Shown: one piece after another, positions 62,314 through 64,000 of the stretch
Layout of the letters: every line of letters begins with the position of its first letter
Position numbering within the stretch: the first letter of the stretch is position 1
Assembly: GCA_035403225.1 (NCBI GenBank)
Contig: DAONET010000004.1
Span: 12,552 to 76,551, forward strand
DNA from: Bacteroidales bacterium
Lineage (GTDB): Bacteria; Bacteroidota; Bacteroidia; Bacteroidales; FEN-979
DNA: 64,000 nt
Direction of reading: 5' to 3'
The notes under the pieces: model-generated
What the model saw: only the letters and a program-made list of their open reading frames with translations
Told to the model about the DNA's origin: nothing
Databases searched by the model: none
Position numbers and translations under genes: made by a program

Positions 62314-64000
62314 ATGCGTCGACATTTACCATCGTTTACTTGTTGTTTTTTCATCGGATTGTTTTGCGTCGCACTCTTTCTGTCGCTTCAGATACATAGC
62401 AAGATAAGGCGATTCGATTGGCAGAGCGAGATTTATTCTGATGGGGCAGGTTACTATGCCTATCTTCCGGTCACTTTTTTATATCGGTTCGATTATAATA
62501 AATTCCCGGCAGGAATTAATGATTCTACCGGCTATCAATTTATTGATCATGACGGTAAGAAGATGGTGACCAAATATGGTTGCGGAGTGGCGTTGATGGT
62601 TTCCCCTTTTTTTGGAGGAACGGTACTTTACTCACATCTTGCCGGTTTGCCGTTGGAAGGAGGTTTCTCTACCGCCTTTTTCCGAATGGCTGATGCGGCA
62701 GGGGTATTCTACCTGGTCGTGGGTTTGTTCTTCATCTTTCAGGTGCTGAAGCGATATACCGGCAAACTGGTCAGGTATCTTTCCGTTATATTTATTTTCG
62801 CGGGCACCAACCTGTATTTTTACACCTTCCGGCAGCCCCTGATGTCGCATGTTTATTCGTTCTGCGCCATCAGCCTGTATCTGTATGCCATCCATCTTTT
62901 CCTGGAAAAAGGATCCTGGCGCAGTTTTATGTTGGTAGCTTTTTCAGCGTCCCTGTCGATGCTGATCCGGCCGGTCAACGGGACCATCCTGCTGTTGTTG
63001 CTGTTTTGGAATGTGGATTCGTTTCGTGCGCTGAAAGACCGCCTCCGGGTGCTGTTTACCTGGAGGAATATCGCCACCTTTGCCATCATCTTTTTCCTGG
63101 TGTTTCTCCCCCAGATGTTGTACTGGAATTATATGTTCGGTGAACCGATCCATTATTCATACCAGGGAGAATCCTTTAGTAATTGGAATGATCCGAAACT
63201 GGCAGAGATCTGGTTCTCACCGCTGAATGGGTTGTTTATCTGGAACCCGGTTTGGTTTGTGTTCATCGCCGGTGTTCTGTTGATGATCATCTTACGGGAA
63301 CGGAACGGGATACTCCTGTTGGTTTTCTTCCTGCTTACCAGTTACATCATTGCTTCCTGGCACAGCTGGTACTTCGGATGCGGATTCGGTCATCGGGCCT
63401 TTGTTGATTTCCTTCCACTCGTTGCCATCCCGTTCGGCCTGATTACTGAAAAAGTCGTCCGCATCAGGACCCGTATCCCGGGGGTTTTAATGATCTTGCT
63501 CCTGAGCGCGATGAGTTATTATAATATCCGCATCATCTATCATTACAGCGGATGTTTTTCCGGATCAGTGTGGGATTGGGAGATGTACCGGTACTACCTG
63601 AGAAATGCAAAGCTGATCCAGAAGCAGCGGCCGGTTTATGTTTACCTCAATGATTTTGAAAACGGAGCGGTGGTTGTAAATAGTTACGGAACTAATTTAT
63701 TGCATCGCTCGTACAATTCCAGCATCATACTTAGTAATGAGTATAAAACGGGAGGTAGTGACCCATTATATTTTTTCTCTTTTGCATTACCATTCCCTAC
63801 GCATGCCGACGCCAGGGTATATGTCAATGTGCCCGGAGGAAGTACCTCTGGCGGACAGATGTTCTGCCTGATAGAAAAAAATGGACAAATTTTATGGAGT
63901 GACTCGTGTCAGATTGATCCGTTTATTTCCAATGCAAGAGGATGGTGTAAGGTTTATAAAGATTTTACCTTTCCCGGAGATATGCCATGGGATGCGACCA
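62314..64000 (+). CDS. Tandem paralog of 60433-62295 (polytopic GT-C-like membrane protein); 3' end off-window and not in the ORF track
   Basis: I hand-translated the frame from ATG 62314 and it stays open to nt 64000 (562 codons). It shares collinear motifs with the upstream gene: SDGAGYYAYLP/SWDVFGYYIYLP, KY..G.A...SPFF, GTN, MSH.Y.F, LIRP, and W(Y/W)FG..(F/L)G(H/Q)R. Confidence 0.6.
   Translation, partial: MRRHLPSFTCCFFIGLFCVALFLSLQIHSKIRRFDWQSEIYSDGAGYYAYLPVTFLYRFDYNKFPAGINDSTGYQFIDHDGKKMVTKYGCGVALMVSPFFGGTVLYSHLAGLPLEGGFSTAFFRMADAAGVFYLVVGLFFIFQVLKRYTGKLVRYLSVIFIFAGTNLYFYTFRQPLMSHVYSFCAISLYLYAIHLFLEKGSWRSFMLVAFSASLSMLIRPVNGTILLLLLFWNVDSFRALKDRLRVLFTWRNIATFAIIFFLVFLPQMLYWNYMFGEPIHYSYQGESFSNWNDPKLAEIWFSPLNGLFIWNPVWFVFIAGVLLMIILRERNGILLLVFFLLTSYIIASWHSWYFGCGFGHRAFVDFLPLVAIPFGLITEKVVRIRTRIPGVLMILLLSAMSYYNIRIIYHYSGCFSGSVWDWEMYRYYLRNAKLIQKQRPVYVYLNDFENGAVVVNSYGTNLLHRSYNSSIILSNEYKTGGSDPLYFFSFALPFPTHADARVYVNVPGGSTSGGQMFCLIEKNGQILWSDSCQIDPFISNARGWCKVYKDFTFPGDMPWDAT

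Noticed and set aside
1-64000. I looked for CRISPR arrays, rRNA or tRNA genes, IS elements, integrases, prophage genes, and invertible-promoter or DGR-type repeats.
   Set aside because: By eye I saw no regularly spaced direct repeats, tRNA-like cloverleaf candidates in the intergenic regions longer than 100 nt, transposase, integrase or reverse-transcriptase motifs, or long inverted repeats flanking promoters. This negative is limited by manual inspection, so tRNAscan, Infernal and repeat finders should be run.

Overview
This 64-kb segment looks like a Bacteroidota chromosome. Supporting signs are TAnnTTTG -7 boxes 20-60 nt upstream of many start codons, seven proteins ending in type-A T9SS C-terminal sorting domains, gldD, MurF-Alr and DAHP-synthase/chorismate-mutase fusions, and Gln at the predicted +1 position of most signal peptides. 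I call 42 protein-coding genes. Two are absent from the supplied ORF track: a 29-aa hyper-basic micro-ORF at 32227-32316, and a 3'-open membrane-protein gene at 62314->64000. About two thirds of the window is ordinary housekeeping: polA, hflX, lnt, trpS, rng, HU, mutY, ssb, asnS, recJ, pfk, waaA, pepA, pdxA and murF-alr. I found no rRNA, tRNA, CRISPR array, transposase, integrase or recognisable phage-defence cassette. Two regions look accessory. The first (2009-20168) is an 18-kb, single-strand island of six T9SS cargo genes: two Asp-box/BNR propeller proteins, three gingipain-family C25 cysteine peptidases and one CxxC thioredoxin-fold protein. These genes exchange C-terminal PKD/Ig-like cassettes in a mosaic pattern. 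The second (59682->64000) holds a GT2 polyprenyl-phosphate-type glycosyltransferase followed by two tandem paralogous polytopic, GT-C-like membrane proteins. Smaller points include an lnt gene translationally coupled to a lipoprotein glutaminyl-cyclase-like gene, together with a pervasive signal-peptide Q-rule. There is also a probable bS22-like ribosomal micro-protein gene, and two secreted beta-rich proteins coupled to waaA. All family assignments rest on motif recognition by eye. No database search was run, and domain boundaries and hand-counted identities are approximate.
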